From Amylibacter sp. (GTDB lineage Bacteria; Pseudomonadota; Alphaproteobacteria; Rhodobacterales; Rhodobacteraceae), in NCBI GenBank assembly GCA_034670045.1, contig JAXMOF010000011.1, positions 12,121 to 76,120 on the forward strand: a stretch of 64,000 bases of DNA. Reading direction: 5' to 3'. Shown piece after piece: positions 18,093 to 27,509 of this stretch. The translations under genes were made by a program, and so were the position numbers. The stretch's first letter is position 1; each line of letters begins with the position of its first letter. The notes beneath the pieces were generated by a model. It had not been told where the DNA came from, ran no database searches, and was given only the letters and a program-made list of their open reading frames with translations.

Positions 18093-18158
18093 TTTAAAGT
18101 GCGAACGTAGCGAATAGAAGACTCGCTACTCGTATTGTCTAACGCAGGAGAAATGATC

Positions 18159-19442
18159 ATGGCCCCACTCGACGCTGGATATGAAGCCCCCGAAAAAGAT
18201 CTCTACGAGGTCGGGGAAATCCCTCCAATGGGTCACGTGCCCAAACAGATGTACGCATGGGCGATCCGCCGCGACCGTCACGGCGAGCCGGACAAGTCAT
18301 TTCAAGTGGAAGTGGTGGACACGCCAACGCTGGACAGCAACGAGGTTCTGGTCTTCGTAATGGCGGCAGGGGTGAACTATAACGGGGTCTGGGCCGGTCT
18401 TGGCATTCCGATTTCCCCGTTTGATGTACATAAGGCCGATTACCACGTGGCCGGTTCTGATGCCTCGGGCATTATCTGGGCTGTCGGGGATAAGGTAAAA
18501 CGCTGGAAAGTCGGCGATGAGGTGGTGATCCACTGCAATCAGGACGACGGTGACGACGAAGAATGTAACGGCGGCGATCCTATGTTCTCGGACAGTCAAC
18601 GCATCTGGGGTTATGAAACGCCGGACGGATCATTTGGGCAGTTCACCCGCGTGCAGGCGCAACAGTTGATGCCGCGCCCGCAGCACCTGACTTGGGAAGA
18701 AAGTGCCTGTTACACGCTGACACTGGCGACGGCGTACCGCATGTTGTTCGGGCACCGCCCCCATACGCTGAAGCCTGGTCAAAACGTGCTGGTTTGGGGC
18801 GCTTCGGGTGGTCTGGGATCGTTTGCGATCCAGTTGATCAACACAGCAGGGGCCAATGCTATCGGTGTGATTTCCGAAGAAGACAAGCGGGAATTCGTGA
18901 TGTCTTTGGGCGCCAAAGGCGTGATCAACCGCAAGGATTTCAACTGCTGGGGCCAATTGCCGGAGGTGAACACCGACGAATATAAGGCGTGGTTCGCGGA
19001 AACCCGCAAATTCGGCAAGGCCATCTGGGACATCACCGGCAAGGGCAACAATGTGGATATGGTGTTTGAACACCCGGGCCAGGCCACGTTCCCTGTATCG
19101 ACCTTTGTATGTAAAAAAGGCGGTATGGTTGTGATCTGCGCAGGCACCACAGGCTATAACCTGACCATGGACGCGCGCTATATCTGGATGCACCAGAAAC
19201 GTGTACAAGGCAGCCACTTTGCGCACCTGAAACAAGCGGCCGCGGCCAACAAACTGATGATGGAACGCCGTCTTGATCCCTGCATGTCCGAGGTTTTCCC
19301 TTGGGAGCAAATCCCGGCCGCCCACGTGAAAATGCGCAAAAACGAGCATAAGCCGGGCAATATGGCTGTGTTGGTCAGCGCGACGCAAACAGGTCTGCGC
19401 ACCTTTGAAGATACCCTAGAGGCGAGTAAGGCCAAGTTTTAA
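18159..19442 (+). CDS. ccr: Crotonyl-CoA carboxylase/reductase
   Basis: MAAGVNYNGVWA, WGYETPDGSF, VLVWGASGGLG, FEHPG, WMHQKRVQGSHFA. AGGAG RBS. Confidence 0.96.
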   Translation: MAPLDAGYEAPEKDLYEVGEIPPMGHVPKQMYAWAIRRDRHGEPDKSFQVEVVDTPTLDSNEVLVFVMAAGVNYNGVWAGLGIPISPFDVHKADYHVAGSDASGIIWAVGDKVKRWKVGDEVVIHCNQDDGDDEECNGGDPMFSDSQRIWGYETPDGSFGQFTRVQAQQLMPRPQHLTWEESACYTLTLATAYRMLFGHRPHTLKPGQNVLVWGASGGLGSFAIQLINTAGANAIGVISEEDKREFVMSLGAKGVINRKDFNCWGQLPEVNTDEYKAWFAETRKFGKAIWDITGKGNNVDMVFEHPGQATFPVSTFVCKKGGMVVICAGTTGYNLTMDARYIWMHQKRVQGSHFAHLKQAAAANKLMMERRLDPCMSEVFPWEQIPAAHVKMRKNEHKPGNMAVLVSATQTGLRTFEDTLEASKAKF

Positions 19443-19449
19443 GGCCTGA

Positions 19450-19493
19450 AATAAAAAACTTTAGCGTGCAATTTCGGTGGAAGTTGCACGCTA
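19450..19493 (-). terminator. Long hairpin whose U-tract is on the minus strand
   Basis: TAGCGTGCAATTTC-GGTG-GAAGTTGCACGCTA, preceded on the plus strand by AATAAAAAACTT. Confidence 0.55.
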
Positions 19494-19626
19494 CTTCACA
19501 GGGCCTGATGCCTGAAAAAATCCAAAAATCTTGTAAATTCAAAGGGGTCTTTTTCAAGAACTCCCTATTTCTGGCTAGTTTACTCAGGCGAGTGTTTTGT
19601 GTCAGAATACTCGTGGTATAGTTGTA

Positions 19627-19643
19627 TTAATAATCTGTTAACC
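19627..19643 (+). promoter_or_regulatory. CtrA binding site
   Basis: Exact TTAA-N7-TTAAC (TTAA-TAATCTG-TTAACC), 20 bp upstream of the small ORF that precedes luxR. Confidence 0.8.
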
Positions 19644-19662
19644 TTTGTAAACGAGAGTGCTT

Positions 19663-19866
19663 ATGTCACAAGAGTGGATTGTTAACGTACTTCAAGATCT
19701 TCGGAATTTTGCAAACCAGAACCAGCTTGATAAACTGGCGGAACATCTGGACGACACCATCCACGTTGCTGTGGCAGAGACAACAGCAAAGGCCCGCATT
19801 CTTGCGGCGACGGAGGGCAATGCAAAGTCACATCGAGGCGTTTCTGGAACGCGTAGAGCAATGTAA
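19663..19866 (+). CDS. Small hypothetical protein (67 aa) overlapping the luxR start
   Basis: GAGAG RBS. MSQEWIVNVLQDLRNFA...LAEHLDDT resembles a small Rhodobacteraceae family I recall. Overlaps luxR by 47 bp. Confidence 0.65.
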   Translation: MSQEWIVNVLQDLRNFANQNQLDKLAEHLDDTIHVAVAETTAKARILAATEGNAKSHRGVSGTRRAM

Positions 19867-20533
19867 AACACTGGTTGCGTTAAATGAGGTGGTCAGCGAG
19901 TTACGCAATATTTTTCAGGTGAACCATGTCGTTTATCATTCGGTCAACAGTTTAGGCGAACCCTACGCATTGGCGACCTATGCGGAGGATTGGGCGGAGC
20001 ATTATGAAAACGAAGAACTGTACCGGATAGACCCTGTGGTTCTGGGCGCGTTTCAACGGTTTCACCCCTATAACTGGAAGTCATTAAGCTGGGAAAAGAA
20101 GCCCGCGCGGCGGTTCTTCAAAGAGGCGTTGGACGGTGGTGTCGGGAACCAGGGGGTTTCGGTTCCCATTCGCGGCCCGCACGGCGAATTCGCGCTGTTT
20201 TCCGTCAGCCATGTCTGTTCGGACGAGGTGTGGACCCGGTTTTTGGCAAATCACATGTCGAATCTTTTGCTGATCGGTCATTATATTCACGCCAGTATCC
20301 GTACCTTGGAAAATGCCGGTGAACCCGCGAATTATGTGGCTTTGTCACCGCGTGAAACAGATGCGTTGCGTCTGCTGGGGGCGGGGATGAATCGGGGCAA
20401 TGCAGCAGAGTTCTTGCAAATTTCCGAACATACGCTGCGCGTCTATATTGAATCGGCGCGGTTCAAACTGGGCGCTTCCAACACCACCCACGCAGTTGCC
20501 AAGGCAATGGCGCAGGGGTTGATTAGTATTTAG
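19820..20533 (+). CDS. luxR: LuxR-family AHL receptor
   Basis: Autoinducer-binding residues W...Y (WAEHY), IDP, W (PYNW) and G; C-terminal LuxR HTH (LSPRE...ISEHT). GGAGGG RBS before ATG at 19820. Confidence 0.93.
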   Translation: MQSHIEAFLERVEQCKTLVALNEVVSELRNIFQVNHVVYHSVNSLGEPYALATYAEDWAEHYENEELYRIDPVVLGAFQRFHPYNWKSLSWEKKPARRFFKEALDGGVGNQGVSVPIRGPHGEFALFSVSHVCSDEVWTRFLANHMSNLLLIGHYIHASIRTLENAGEPANYVALSPRETDALRLLGAGMNRGNAAEFLQISEHTLRVYIESARFKLGASNTTHAVAKAMAQGLISI

Positions 20534-20711
20534 ATACAGTATGTTACGGTGTCTTGGTAATCCTTAATAAAACCTCACCTCAAAGTGCGGTCATAAATTG
20601 TTAACCACGGCCCGCGAAGGCTCGGCGCAGTTAATCTTGAAACAGAGATTGCCTGCCCAACGGCCTCTTTGCCACTGGAATACAGGCGATCCAGCGCACG
20701 GAGCCGCCTGA

Positions 20712-21359
20712 ATGCTATCATATATCTACGCCAACGACATTGCTGCCTTCCCCTTGCTACAGGAGACCATGTTCAGGGATCGTAAGGTGCAATTCTTTGA
20801 CCGGCTTGGTTGGGATGTGGACATTGACGCAGCAGGTCAGGAGCGGGACGAATATGACGCCATGAACCCGCTTTATGCAATCTGGCAACTGCCCGATGGC
20901 AGCCACGGCGGGTCGATGCGGGCACTGCCCACCACGGGGCGGTGTATGACAAATGACCATTTCGCTGACATTACCGGCGGAGCGATTACCAGCCCGCTGA
21001 TCTGGGAAAGCACACGGTTTTGCCTGTCTCCGCGGGCGGATTATGCGGCGGGCCAGATTTCTGCGGCCGTCATGTTGGCGGGCTGTGAAATTGGCCTGAA
21101 CTTCGGGCTGCGCCATGCTGTCGGGGTGTTTGATGCCCGCATGGAGCGGATTTATCGAAAACTTGGCTGGTCGCCAGAGGTTCTTGGCAGCAGAGGTATG
21201 GGGCGGGCCCGTATTTCGGTGGGGCTGTGGGAATTTTCACAGGATATCCGACACAGCCTGTGTCAGGCAGCACAAGTGACGCCAGCCCAGTCCACAGGCT
21301 GGTTCGAAGACTCCTTCGGGCCGGCATCCGCTTTGCAGCAAACATCGCAAAGGGTTTAA
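20712..21359 (+). CDS. luxI: Acyl-homoserine-lactone synthase
   Basis: MFRDRKVQFFDRLGW, ERDEYD, GSMRALPT, WESTRFC. Confidence 0.95.
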   Translation: MLSYIYANDIAAFPLLQETMFRDRKVQFFDRLGWDVDIDAAGQERDEYDAMNPLYAIWQLPDGSHGGSMRALPTTGRCMTNDHFADITGGAITSPLIWESTRFCLSPRADYAAGQISAAVMLAGCEIGLNFGLRHAVGVFDARMERIYRKLGWSPEVLGSRGMGRARISVGLWEFSQDIRHSLCQAAQVTPAQSTGWFEDSFGPASALQQTSQRV

Positions 21360-21444
21360 GTTTTGCGGTTTTGGGGGCAGAAAGCCGTTCAGATTGGCAC
21401 GGGCTTGGGCTATGTTGGCGCGAAACAAGACCGGACCCGAGGCT

Positions 21445-22962
21445 ATGCAGTTTTCCGAAGATCAAGCCAGCGCCTATGATGCTGTATCCGAGGTGCTGAA
21501 AGCCTCGGGTGTGGATCTGGAAAACGGGATGCTGATCCCTGAGTCCACGGGGAAACAGCAGACTTTGGCGGTTTTGGGCAAGGCGGGGTCGGGTAAAACC
21601 TTGCTGCTGGCCAAAATTGCCGATGCGCTGACCGAAGCCGGTGTCGATACGATCAGCGGTGACTACGAGGGCCGTGCCCGCAAGGAGCGCCGCACATTGG
21701 CGATCCTTGCCCCCACCAACAAAGCCGCCAGTGTGCTACGCAATCGGGGGGTGGCGGCAACTACGATTCACCGGATTTTATACACGCCGATGTATGATCC
21801 CGAATATGAAAAGATCGCCGAATGGCTGGCTGGCAATGCTGAAAAGCCCGAAATTGAAGGACTGACGGATGTGGCGCTGGATCGGGCGATGGAATTTTAT
21901 CAATCCAACAAATCCATCCCCGGCGCCTTGGCTGTTGCAGGGCTGCGCGGGTCGGATTTCATTACGGGGTGGAAACGCCGCGAGGACCCGCTGGATGTGG
22001 GGTTTGTGGATGAATCCTCAATGCTGGACGACAAGCAGCTTGGGGATTTACAAGAGATTTTTTCGACCCTGATCCTGTTTGGTGATCCTGCACAATTGGC
22101 CCCCGTCGGGCAATCCGGCAGCATGGCATTTGATGGTCTGCCAGCGCCGCGAAAGCTGTACCTGAGCCGCGTACACCGTCAGGCACAGGACAACCCGATC
22201 CTTGATCTGGCCCATGCTTTGGCAGATCCGGCCTTGGCATTTCATGACTTTGAACAGATGATCGAAGAGGCTGCACGCAAAGACGAACGGGTCATTGTGA
22301 CCCCGCGTGTCAACGCCACCGCAATGGCCCGCGCACCGGTTCTGGTCTGGCGCAATGCCACGCGCATCCGCCTGATCCACGCTTTTCGCAACGCCTTTGG
22401 CGCCCCTGCAGAAATGTTGTTGCCGGGGGAGCCGTTGATTTGTGACGGGCTGGAACTGCCGCTGAAACACCGTAAGAAACGCATTGATCTAGAGGCCCGC
22501 GGGCTGATCAAAGGGGCGCAGGCCGTCTATCTGGGCGAAGGCCGCAAGCCCGGATTTTCCCGTTTGCATGTGATCGGTGCCGAAGATCCGCAGGTTTCAG
22601 CCGCGACAATTATCAAGATTGAATTGCCCGATCAGGACGAGCCGTTTATCCCCTCTGCAGCGCGGATGGGGGCGGCGTTTGTGCATGGGGCGGCTTGTAC
22701 GATCCATAAGGCCCAAGGGTCGCAATGGTCAGACGTGCAGGTGTTTGCACCCGATATTTATGCCGCCAGTCGGGCAGGGCGCACAGAGGCGGGAATCGCC
22801 TTGTGGAAGCGGTTGGCCTATGTGGCGATCACACGAGCCGAGCATCGCCTGTTCTGGGTGACGCGCTATATGTTGGCCAAACCCACCGAGGCACTGGGGG
22901 TTGATGACCTGCGTACAGTGGCGGCGCCCGTGCTGGAGCTGGCAGCACCCGAGGCTGAGTAA
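21445..22962 (+). CDS. RecD-like superfamily 1 helicase / ATPase
   Basis: Walker A GKAGSGKT, LAPTNKAA, TIHR, Walker B VDESSM, GDPAQL, HRQ and TIHKAQGSQW...YVAITRA. Confidence 0.9.
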   Translation: MQFSEDQASAYDAVSEVLKASGVDLENGMLIPESTGKQQTLAVLGKAGSGKTLLLAKIADALTEAGVDTISGDYEGRARKERRTLAILAPTNKAASVLRNRGVAATTIHRILYTPMYDPEYEKIAEWLAGNAEKPEIEGLTDVALDRAMEFYQSNKSIPGALAVAGLRGSDFITGWKRREDPLDVGFVDESSMLDDKQLGDLQEIFSTLILFGDPAQLAPVGQSGSMAFDGLPAPRKLYLSRVHRQAQDNPILDLAHALADPALAFHDFEQMIEEAARKDERVIVTPRVNATAMARAPVLVWRNATRIRLIHAFRNAFGAPAEMLLPGEPLICDGLELPLKHRKKRIDLEARGLIKGAQAVYLGEGRKPGFSRLHVIGAEDPQVSAATIIKIELPDQDEPFIPSAARMGAAFVHGAACTIHKAQGSQWSDVQVFAPDIYAASRAGRTEAGIALWKRLAYVAITRAEHRLFWVTRYMLAKPTEALGVDDLRTVAAPVLELAAPEAE

Positions 22963-22969
22963 TGCTTTA

Positions 22970-23014
22970 GGGGCGCTGCCCCTAAGACCCCGGGATATTT
23001 TCAGAAAGAAGAAG
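22970..23014. repeat. Short intergenic repeat-like element
   Basis: GGGGC-GCT-GCCCC hairpin then GACCCCGGGATATTTTCAGAAAGAAGAAG, between convergent genes. Resembles a dispersed Rhodobacteraceae element I recall. Confidence 0.45.
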
Positions 23015-23044
23015 GTGGCCGGCGGTTTTTCTGGTCGCTGCTTT

Positions 23045-24928
23045 TTAGAAGACGAGATTCATCATGATCATAGAAACGATCAGGAAGAGGACCGTCATAA
23101 TGCCGCCCGTGCGCAGGAAATCCACCACGCGGTAGCCAGCAGGGCCCATGATCAGCGCGTTGACCTGATGGGTTGGGATCAGGAACGAGTTGGAAGTCGA
23201 AATCGCTACGGTCATCGCAAAGATCGCGGGATCACCGCCCGATGCCACAGCAATTGAAACCGCAAGCGGGACCAGCAGGACAGTGGCGCCTACATTGGAC
23301 ATCACAAGTGTGAAGATGGTTGCAAGGATCGCAACGCCCGCCTGCAGTGACCAGATCGGCCAGCCGTCGAGCACGGCCAGAACCCCTTGGGCAATCCATT
23401 CGGCGGTGCCGGTCATTTGCACGGCCTGCCCAAGCGGGATCAATGAGGCGAGCAGGAACACCGTATTCCAGCCCACCGCGTTATAGGCATCGTCGATGTC
23501 GATCACGCGGGTAACGATCATGCCCGCCGCGCCAGTCAGCAGGCACAGGGACAGGCGCATGTCGGTAAAGAGGATCAGGCCAAGTGCGACAATAAAAAAC
23601 ATCACGGCCCAGCCGACTTTTTGCGGGCGCAGTTCTTCTTGGGGGAAGTCGGTGGTGACCACGACGAAATCGCGGCCCTTTTTGATGCGGGTCAGGTTTT
23701 CCCACAGGATATGAACCACAAGTGTGTCGCCTGCGCGCAGAGGCACGCTGCCGATGCGTGTGGCCTCGTGGTCTTCGTGTTCTACATGGCTCATGGTGTC
23801 ATCGCCGCGGTGGATGGCCAGCATGGACATGCCATAGGTTTTGCGCAGGGCCAGATCTTGGGCGGTTTTACCGATGACCTGGCTGTCTGGCGGCACAACG
23901 ATTTCAGCAACACCGGATTTTGTCGGGGCGAATTCTTCGGCGAAGATGTCTAGGTTGGGCTTGATTTCCAGACCGTAGATATCGGCCATTTCCTCAATCA
24001 CTTTGCGGCGTCCCAAAATGGCAAGGCGGCAGGGGGTGGTGATTTCGGTGGTGACCACAGGGGCGACCCAGCGGTGGCCCTGAAAATAGCTGCCGATGAT
24101 ATAGCAGTGGTGGACTTCCATCAGGTCGTTGAAGGTTTGCCCGAGCAGGATGTTGCCTTCGGGGATCTCGACCTCGACAATATCGGCTTTCAGACCGTAG
24201 AGCCGTTTCAGATAGGCATTCATTGACTGGCCAGAGGCCCCGTCGCCTTTGGCGGTGTTGCCCGGCAGGACCCAGCGTCCAAAGAAGGTGAAATAGCAGA
24301 TACCAGTCAGCACCAGTGCGATGCCGACAGGAGCGACGGAAAACAGCGAAAAAGCCTCCATCTGGGCAGTGGGCGGCAGGTCTTTATTGGCGGTTTCGAT
24401 CAGATCATTCAGCAGGATCAGGGGCGAGGAGCCGACCATGGTCATGGTGCCGCCAAGGATTGCGCAAAAGCCCATAGGCATCAGCAGGCGGGACATGGAA
24501 ATATTGGTGCGCGATGAAATCCGCGACACAACAGGCAGGAACAGGGCGGCAGCGCCCACATTCTGCATGAAACTTGAAATAAACCCGACGGTGGCCGAGA
24601 TGATCGGAATAATCCGCCCCTCGCTCGCGCCGCCGTATTTCAGGATGGCCGAGGCAACGCTGGACATCAGCCCCGTTTTATCCAGACCTGCGCCCAAAAT
24701 CATCACTGCGATAATGGATATGACCGCGTTCGAAGCAAAGCCGTCGAACAGGTGGTTGATATCGGTCAGGCTGCCAAGACCGGGCAAGTAGCTTAGCGCG
24801 CCCAGCATGACCATCACGATGATTGCGGCCACATCGACGCGCACCACTTCTGATATGAACAACACCACTGTGAACCCTAAAAGGGCCAGTACAACGATCA
24901 TGTCGGGGGTTAGTGTGATTGGGTCCAC
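23045..24928 (-). CDS. SLC13/DASS-family permease with two TrkA-C (RCK_C) domains
   Basis: Hydrophobic N- and C-terminal halves, GGTMTMVGSSP and PTHQVNALIMGPAGY; central soluble RCK_C-like repeats. Confidence 0.88.
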   Translation of the reverse strand: MDPITLTPDMIVVLALLGFTVVLFISEVVRVDVAAIIVMVMLGALSYLPGLGSLTDINHLFDGFASNAVISIIAVMILGAGLDKTGLMSSVASAILKYGGASEGRIIPIISATVGFISSFMQNVGAAALFLPVVSRISSRTNISMSRLLMPMGFCAILGGTMTMVGSSPLILLNDLIETANKDLPPTAQMEAFSLFSVAPVGIALVLTGICYFTFFGRWVLPGNTAKGDGASGQSMNAYLKRLYGLKADIVEVEIPEGNILLGQTFNDLMEVHHCYIIGSYFQGHRWVAPVVTTEITTPCRLAILGRRKVIEEMADIYGLEIKPNLDIFAEEFAPTKSGVAEIVVPPDSQVIGKTAQDLALRKTYGMSMLAIHRGDDTMSHVEHEDHEATRIGSVPLRAGDTLVVHILWENLTRIKKGRDFVVVTTDFPQEELRPQKVGWAVMFFIVALGLILFTDMRLSLCLLTGAAGMIVTRVIDIDDAYNAVGWNTVFLLASLIPLGQAVQMTGTAEWIAQGVLAVLDGWPIWSLQAGVAILATIFTLVMSNVGATVLLVPLAVSIAVASGGDPAIFAMTVAISTSNSFLIPTHQVNALIMGPAGYRVVDFLRTGGIMTVLFLIVSMIMMNLVF

Positions 24929-25116
24929 GGAGCCTTAACCTCTTGTCGTTCAGGTCTTTATTTGTATACGCGGGCAAGGCGTGTCGGGCAACCAGCCAGT
25001 TGGCATTATTCAGCCTTAGTGTTTGGACTTATGCAGCTTTGGCGCATTGCAAGTTTGCATGACGGATGCGGAGCCGCTAGATTTTAGCAAGCAAATCTAT
25101 TGGGGACGGTCGGGCT

Positions 25117-25854
25117 ATGGCGCAGACAATTGTTATCACAGGGGCGGGCAGCGGTATTGGCGCTGCTACGGCGGAAACGTTTTTAAAGGCGGGGTGGAAT
25201 GTCGGGCTGATCGGTCGCCGCGCAGCACCATTGGAACAGGTGGCGGCGGGGCGGAACGCGGCGCTGGCTTTGCCTTGTGATGTGTCGGACGAGGCGCAGG
25301 TCGAAGCGGCATTTGACGCCGTTGCAGCGCATTTTGGCCGCGTGGATGCGCTGTTTAACAATGCAGGCACAGGTGTGGCGGGGTCAAGCATTGACGAAAT
25401 TGATGTGGCGGCGTGGCGCAATTGTGTGGAAATCAACCTGACGGGCAGCTTTCTGTGCGCGCGTGCCGCGTGGCGGATCATGCGGGCGCAATCCCCGCAG
25501 GGCGGGCGGATTGTGAACAACGGGTCGATTTCAGCCACCACGCCGCGACCCGGAACCGCGGCTTACACAGCTACCAAACACGCGATTACTGGATTGACCA
25601 AGACTTTGGCGCTGGACGGGCGGGCGGTGAATATCGCGTGCGGGCAGATTGACATCGGCAATGCCCATACCGAAATGGTTGCCCCGATGATTGCAGGGAT
25701 TGTGCAGGCGGACGGGTCCATGCGACCGGAATCCACCATGGATGTGCAGCATGTGGCCGATGCGGTGTTGCATATGGCAAGCCTGCCGCTGGATGCGAAT
25801 GTGCTGTTTATGACCGTGATGGCCCGCGACATGCCCTTTGTCGGGCGCGGTTAA
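25117..25854 (+). CDS. Short-chain dehydrogenase/reductase
   Basis: [16 protein letters not shown] and YTATK (YxxxK). Confidence 0.93.
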   Translation: MAQTIVITGAGSGIGAATAETFLKAGWNVGLIGRRAAPLEQVAAGRNAALALPCDVSDEAQVEAAFDAVAAHFGRVDALFNNAGTGVAGSSIDEIDVAAWRNCVEINLTGSFLCARAAWRIMRAQSPQGGRIVNNGSISATTPRPGTAAYTATKHAITGLTKTLALDGRAVNIACGQIDIGNAHTEMVAPMIAGIVQADGSMRPESTMDVQHVADAVLHMASLPLDANVLFMTVMARDMPFVGRG

Positions 25855-26261
25855 AGCAGCTTGCGCATCACGAGGGCGGAGGATTTTTGCCCTTTGGGTC
25901 CGGTGTAATAATCCTTGCGGATCGCGCGGTTTTCAAACCCGGCGCTGTGGTAAAGCTGAATGGCTGCAGTGTTGTCGTTCACAACTTCGAGGAAGATTTC
26001 TTCGCAGTTGCGGGACTTCAGATCTGCCATAAGGTCAGTCAACAGGCTGCGTGCCAGTCCTTGACGGCGGGCATCTGGGTGAACGGCGATGGTCAGTAAT
26101 TCGGCCTCGGGTCCGGCAAGGCGCATGATTGCAAAGCCTTGATCCGCTGTCCGAATGATACACAGCGGGGAGGCCGCCAGCTCTGCGAATTCCGCTTCGG
26201 ACCACGGGCGGGGCTGGGTGAAGCAAGCCTCATGGATTGCTGCCATTTGGGCAGGGGTCAT
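25851..26261 (-). CDS. rimI: RimI-like GNAT N-acetyltransferase
   Basis: [21 protein letters not shown]...N..AIQLY..AGF; directly downstream of tsaB. Confidence 0.8.
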   Translation of the reverse strand: MTPAQMAAIHEACFTQPRPWSEAEFAELAASPLCIIRTADQGFAIMRLAGPEAELLTIAVHPDARRQGLARSLLTDLMADLKSRNCEEIFLEVVNDNTAAIQLYHSAGFENRAIRKDYYTGPKGQKSSALVMRKLL

Positions 26262-26890
26262 GGCAGGATCAGCGGAGGTTGCTCGGACGGGAGAGCGGCA
26301 TCGGGCGCGCGTACATACAGCGGGGCGGGGCGCGGCTGCGCGCTTTCCAGACGCTGGGACGCCAGTATCGCCATGTTTTGCAACAGCCGTTCTGGGGTGA
26401 TTTGCGTCAGGCGGGGCAGCTCGATCGGGGCATCTGATACAAAAGACTGGTCCGTCGGCACATCTGCAATTTCGGACAGGGCCACATCAGTTTGCGGGAG
26501 TCCAGCGTCAAAGTGCTGATGATACATCCGGTTCTGGCGGGCATCCACAACGGAAACCTGCTTTGCCTTTGTGCCATAGGCGATTGCTTCTAAACGGGAA
26601 ATTCCGATTGCAGGAATCTTCAGGGACAGGGCCAGCCCCCGTGCGGCGGCCACGGAAATGCGGATGCCCGTGAAATTTCCAGGACCAATGCCAACGGCGA
26701 TGGCGGTCAGGTCTGGCCAGTCTTTTCCAGCTTCTGCCAACACGCGGTCCAGAATCGGGAACAACTGTTCGGCCTGTCCCTTGCTCATCGGTTCTATCGC
26801 GGTGGAAAGAACGGTGTCCCCTTGAAACAGGACAGCCGCGCAATGCGCGGCTGCTGTATCAAAGGCCAGAATTAGTGGTTTAGGCGGCAA
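26258..26890 (-). CDS. tsaB: tRNA threonylcarbamoyladenosine biosynthesis protein TsaB
   Basis: LAFDTA, GQAEQL, GIGPGNFTGIRI, DAR. Confidence 0.93.
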   Translation of the reverse strand: MPPKPLILAFDTAAAHCAAVLFQGDTVLSTAIEPMSKGQAEQLFPILDRVLAEAGKDWPDLTAIAVGIGPGNFTGIRISVAAARGLALSLKIPAIGISRLEAIAYGTKAKQVSVVDARQNRMYHQHFDAGLPQTDVALSEIADVPTDQSFVSDAPIELPRLTQITPERLLQNMAILASQRLESAQPRPAPLYVRAPDAALPSEQPPLILP

Positions 26891-27440
26891 CAGGGCGCAC
26901 CTCGGTCACTTCGGGGATATAATGGCGCAGCAGGTTTTCGATGCCCATTTTCAACGTGATGGTGGACGACGGGCAGCCCGCGCAGGCACCCTGCATGTGC
27001 AGGTAGACAATGCCGCGATCAAAGCCGTGAAAGGTGATGTCGCCGCCGTCTTGGGCCACAGCAGGGCGCACCCGTGTATCCAGCAAATCCTTGATTTGCT
27101 GAACGATTTCACCGTCTTCGCCTGTGTGTTCTTTGTGCCCGGTGTTTTCCGCATCCGCGCCCATGACAGGCTGGCCGGATTGGTAATGTTCCATGATCAC
27201 ACCCAGAATCGCGGGTTTGATATGGTTCCATTCGATGTTTTCCTGCTTTGTGACGGTCACAAAATCAGGGCCAAAGAAAACCCCTGTGACACCAGAAACC
27301 CGAAAGATCATCTGCGCCAGAGGCGAGGCTTGGGCGGCGTCTTCGGTTGGGAAATCAGCGGTGCCGGTGGCCAGAACAGCCTGACCGGGCAAGAATTTCA
27401 AAGTGGCCGGGTTCGGCGTGCTTTCGGTTTGAATAAACAT
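26880..27440 (-). CDS. Nfu/NifU-C family Fe-S carrier
   Basis: MFIQTESTPNPATLKF and RPAVAQDGGDI...GACAGCPSS. Confidence 0.93.
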   Translation of the reverse strand: MFIQTESTPNPATLKFLPGQAVLATGTADFPTEDAAQASPLAQMIFRVSGVTGVFFGPDFVTVTKQENIEWNHIKPAILGVIMEHYQSGQPVMGADAENTGHKEHTGEDGEIVQQIKDLLDTRVRPAVAQDGGDITFHGFDRGIVYLHMQGACAGCPSSTITLKMGIENLLRHYIPEVTEVRPVAA

Positions 27441-27470
27441 GTCTCATACATCCTTTTGGAAGGTTGCCCT

Positions 27471-27501
27471 AGATATGCGCTTGGATCGGCGCTCTGTCAA
27501 G
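27471..27501 (-). promoter_or_regulatory. Candidate promoter (RpoH- or RpoD-type) for the nfu-tsaB-rimI operon
   Basis: Minus strand reads CTTGACA-N17-CATATCT. Confidence 0.45.
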
Positions 27502-27509
27502 ATTTAGAA

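Noticed and set aside
5072-20547. Identical 12-mer ACAGTATGTTAC at 5072 and 20536
   Set aside because: With a few kb of AT-rich spacer, about one shared 12-mer is expected by chance, and no third copy was seen.
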